DNA from: Candidatus Saccharimonadota bacterium
GTDB lineage: Bacteria; Pseudomonadota; Gammaproteobacteria; Enterobacterales; Enterobacteriaceae
DNA: 32,000 nucleotides
Assembly (NCBI RefSeq): GCF_014857065.1
Contig: NZ_CP046533.1
Location: forward strand, 150,001-182,000
Direction of reading: 5' to 3'
Part shown: one piece after another, positions 29,319 to 32,000 of the stretch
How positions within the stretch are numbered: position 1 is the stretch's first letter
Layout of the letters: every line of letters begins with the position of its first letter
Notes under the pieces: model-generated
The model's input: only the letters and a program-made list of their open reading frames with translations
Database searches by the model: none
Told to the model about the DNA's origin: nothing
Program-made: the position numbers and the translations under genes

Positions 29319-32000
29319 TTATGAATTAAATTCTAATTTAACATTTTGAGTTCCTATCAAAAAACGCAAATTAACCAATAATTGATCAGTAAGCGATACA
29401 TTCCAATCGACTCCAAGACGCAAACGCATTTGCATGCTACTACTATTCCTATACAAAAAACACACAGGAGTACCCCCACCCAAATATGGTTGCAAAGACG
29501 ACTTTAAGCGGTCTAAAAAATAATCGTTTATTTGCTCTTTAGTTAATAAAATAACTAATTTCTGTACATATTTTTTACGAGCTTCATTAATATCCATTAA
29601 TCCATAAGCTATCATTTTAAAACTTTTATTAACACAATCAAGCTGAATTTTTCCTCGTGCAAAAACAACACACCCTTTTCTTAAAAGATTCTGATATTTT
29701 TTTAACAAATTTGTAAAAAACATCACGTTTATTCTACCTGAATGATCATCTAAAACGCAAATACATATCTGATGACCTTGTTTAGTAAAAATTATTTTTG
29801 ATGAAATGATTAAGCCAAATACAGAAATAACATTTTGATGAATTTCAGAAGAAATTTTGTTAATTGATAAAATTCTAATATTGTAATTTTGAATTTCTTT
29901 TAAATATTGTAAAACAGGATGTTCAGTTAAATAGAAACCAAGAGTTTTCTTTTCACCTTCTAATATAATTTGTTGAGAACAATTAAGTGCTTTTTTAGAA
30001 AAAATCATGGGAAATGTTTTATCTTCACAAAATCCAAAAATATCATTTTGGCCGCTATTTTTAGCACTAATATATTGATGTGTAAAACCAATAACACTAT
30101 CAATCGTATTAATTAATACAGATCTGTCGCTGCCGAAGCAATCGCAAGCGCCAGACATTATTAATTTTTCTAATACTCGTCTATTTAATTTTTTGCTATC
30201 AGTATACAAACATAAATCAAGTAATTTATGAAAAATTCCATGTTTACGGCGAGCTTCTATAATAGCCTCAACAGACCCTAAACCTATTCCTTTAATAGCC
30301 CCTATCCCATAAACAATCTCTTTTTTTTTATTAACATAAAAATAATATTTACCATTATTAATATTTGGAGGTAATACACGTATTCCCATTCTATAACATT
30401 CATCTATTACTCTTACTACTTTATCTATATTATCTATATCGGCGTTTAATACTGATGACATAAATTCTGCAGGATAATGTGCTTTTAACCATAAAGTTTG
30501 ATATGAAATAAATGCATAAGCAGCAGAATGAGACTTATTAAAACCATAACCTGCAAATTTTTCTACTAAATTAAAAATTTTCATCGATAATTTAATATCA
30601 ATACCTAATTCGACAGAACCTTCTCTAAAAATACAACGTTGTTTAACCATCTCTTCCATTTTCTTTTTACCCATGGCGCGACGTAATAAATCAGCCCTTC
30701 CAAGACTATATCCTGCTAATACTTGTGCAATTTTCATTACTTGTTCTTGATATAAAATAATACCATAAGTAGATTCTAAAACCGGACGCAATGATTGATG
30801 TTGCCATTGAAAATCAGGGTAAGATAACATTTCACGTCCATGCTTTCGATTTATAAAATTATCTACCATACCTGATTGGAGAGGTCCTGGACGAAATAAA
30901 GCAACTAAAGCAATAATATCTTCAAAACAATCTGGTTTTAATCGTCTAATAAGTTTTTTCATACCATAAGATTCTAACTGAAATACCGCAAGAGTATTTC
31001 CAGTTTGTAGAAGATTAAAACTTTTTTTATCTTTTAATGAAATAGAAGTAATCTTCAATGGTAATAAACCCGTTGCAGTACGATCTTTATTAATCATTTT
31101 CAATGTCCAATCGATAATAGTTAAAGTACGTAAACCAAGAAAATCAAATTTTACTAAACCAATTCGTTCTATATCATCTTTATCGAAATGGGTCATTGAA
31201 TATTTACCATCAGAATCATAATACAATGGAGAAAAATCTGTTATTTTAGTCGGTGAAATTACTATCCCTCCGGCATGTTTTCCTACATTTCTCACAATAC
31301 CTTCTAATTTACGCGCCATATCAACTAATATCTTTACATCATCATTATTATGATATAATTCACGTAACTGAATCTCATTAGACAAAGCTTTGTCTAAAGT
31401 CATACCGCTCTCTGAAGGAATTAATTTTGAAATACGATCCACAAAATTATAAGGATAACCTAATACTCTACCCACATCACGAACTACAACTTTAGCAGCC
31501 ATAGTCCCAAAAGTAATAATTTGAGACACTGAATCTTTACCGTATATTTCAGCAACATGATCAATTACTCGATCTCGTTTTTCCATACAAAAATCAATAT
31601 CTAAATCAGGCATAGATACTCGTTCAGGATTCAAAAAACGTTCAAACAATAAATCAAAAACTAATGGATCAATATCCGTAATTTTTAATACATATGCTAC
31701 AAGAGACCCTGCGCCAGAACCTCTGCCAGGACCAACCGGTATACCATTTTCTTTTGCCCATCTAACAAATTCCATTACAATTAAAAAATATCCTGGAAAA
31801 TTCATTTGATTAATAATTTCTAATTCAGTATTTAATCTCACATCATAAGGATGTCTTTTAAAAGATCTTTCTTTGTAATTTGGAAATAAAGATATCAAAC
31901 GATCTTCTAATCCTTGGCGAGCGTGCATAACAAAAAAATCTTTTTCGGACATATTTTTTGTAGGAAATTTCGGTAAAAAACATGAATCCAATTTTAAAAT
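29319..32000 (-). CDS. dnaE: DNA polymerase III subunit alpha. Partial: the N-terminal part lies outside the window.
   Basis: The reading frame stays open to nt 32000, and the track's start at 31991 is an internal TTG. About 893 C-terminal codons are collinear with recalled E. coli DnaE ([75 protein letters not shown], the OB-fold region and the C-terminal tail). Confidence 0.96.
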   Translation of the reverse strand: MLKLDSCFLPKFPTKNMSEKDFFVMHARQGLEDRLISLFPNYKERSFKRHPYDVRLNTELEIINQMNFPGYFLIVMEFVRWAKENGIPVGPGRGSGAGSLVAYVLKITDIDPLVFDLLFERFLNPERVSMPDLDIDFCMEKRDRVIDHVAEIYGKDSVSQIITFGTMAAKVVVRDVGRVLGYPYNFVDRISKLIPSESGMTLDKALSNEIQLRELYHNNDDVKILVDMARKLEGIVRNVGKHAGGIVISPTKITDFSPLYYDSDGKYSMTHFDKDDIERIGLVKFDFLGLRTLTIIDWTLKMINKDRTATGLLPLKITSISLKDKKSFNLLQTGNTLAVFQLESYGMKKLIRRLKPDCFEDIIALVALFRPGPLQSGMVDNFINRKHGREMLSYPDFQWQHQSLRPVLESTYGIILYQEQVMKIAQVLAGYSLGRADLLRRAMGKKKMEEMVKQRCIFREGSVELGIDIKLSMKIFNLVEKFAGYGFNKSHSAAYAFISYQTLWLKAHYPAEFMSSVLNADIDNIDKVVRVIDECYRMGIRVLPPNINNGKYYFYVNKKKEIVYGIGAIKGIGLGSVEAIIEARRKHGIFHKLLDLCLYTDSKKLNRRVLEKLIMSGACDCFGSDRSVLINTIDSVIGFTHQYISAKNSGQNDIFGFCEDKTFPMIFSKKALNCSQQIILEGEKKTLGFYLTEHPVLQYLKEIQNYNIRILSINKISSEIHQNVISVFGLIISSKIIFTKQGHQICICVLDDHSGRINVMFFTNLLKKYQNLLRKGCVVFARGKIQLDCVNKSFKMIAYGLMDINEARKKYVQKLVILLTKEQINDYFLDRLKSSLQPYLGGGTPVCFLYRNSSSMQMRLRLGVDWNVSLTDQLLVNLRFLIGTQNVKLEFNS

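Overview
This window looks like a very AT-rich segment (about 25-30% G+C by eye, not computed) from a reduced-genome Enterobacterales-type insect endosymbiont, in the style of Blochmannia or Wigglesworthia. I cannot determine the species from the window. I call 23 protein genes, all core housekeeping: mrdA-rodA, a YtfF-like DMT transporter, folD, cysS, lpxH, adk, dnaX, apt, hha, lon, pmbA, tldD, accC, accB, aroQ, mreBCD, proS, tilS, accA and dnaE. Two RNA genes are invisible to the ORF track: tRNA-Arg(UCU) at 3975-4048 and the 4.5S/SRP RNA ffs at 12489-12602. Two promoters are well supported by sequence: a sigma32 heat-shock promoter upstream of lon and a near-consensus sigma70 promoter upstream of the tRNA. 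From recalled E. coli K-12 gene order, nt 1-15312 are colinear but inverted relative to mrdA...argU-folD-cysS-lpxH...adk...dnaX-apt...hha...ffs...lon. The intervening E. coli genes are deleted and several long ORF-free AT-rich spacers remain. The rest of the window is pmbA, tldD, an inverted acc-mre block and the proS-tilS-accA-dnaE block, joined by rearrangement junctions. I see no mobile elements, CRISPR array, defence or toxin island, or compositionally foreign DNA, and I cannot honestly point to a novel multi-gene system. The items most worth a second look are an A8 slippery run with an immediate -1 frame UGA at the position in dnaX homologous to the E. coli gamma-subunit frameshift site, an hha gene with no tomB partner next to a 1.16-kb gene desert, the conserved lon heat-shock promoter, and the new tldD-pmbA-lon adjacency. 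All homology statements rest on my recall of E. coli sequences and gene order, not on a search.
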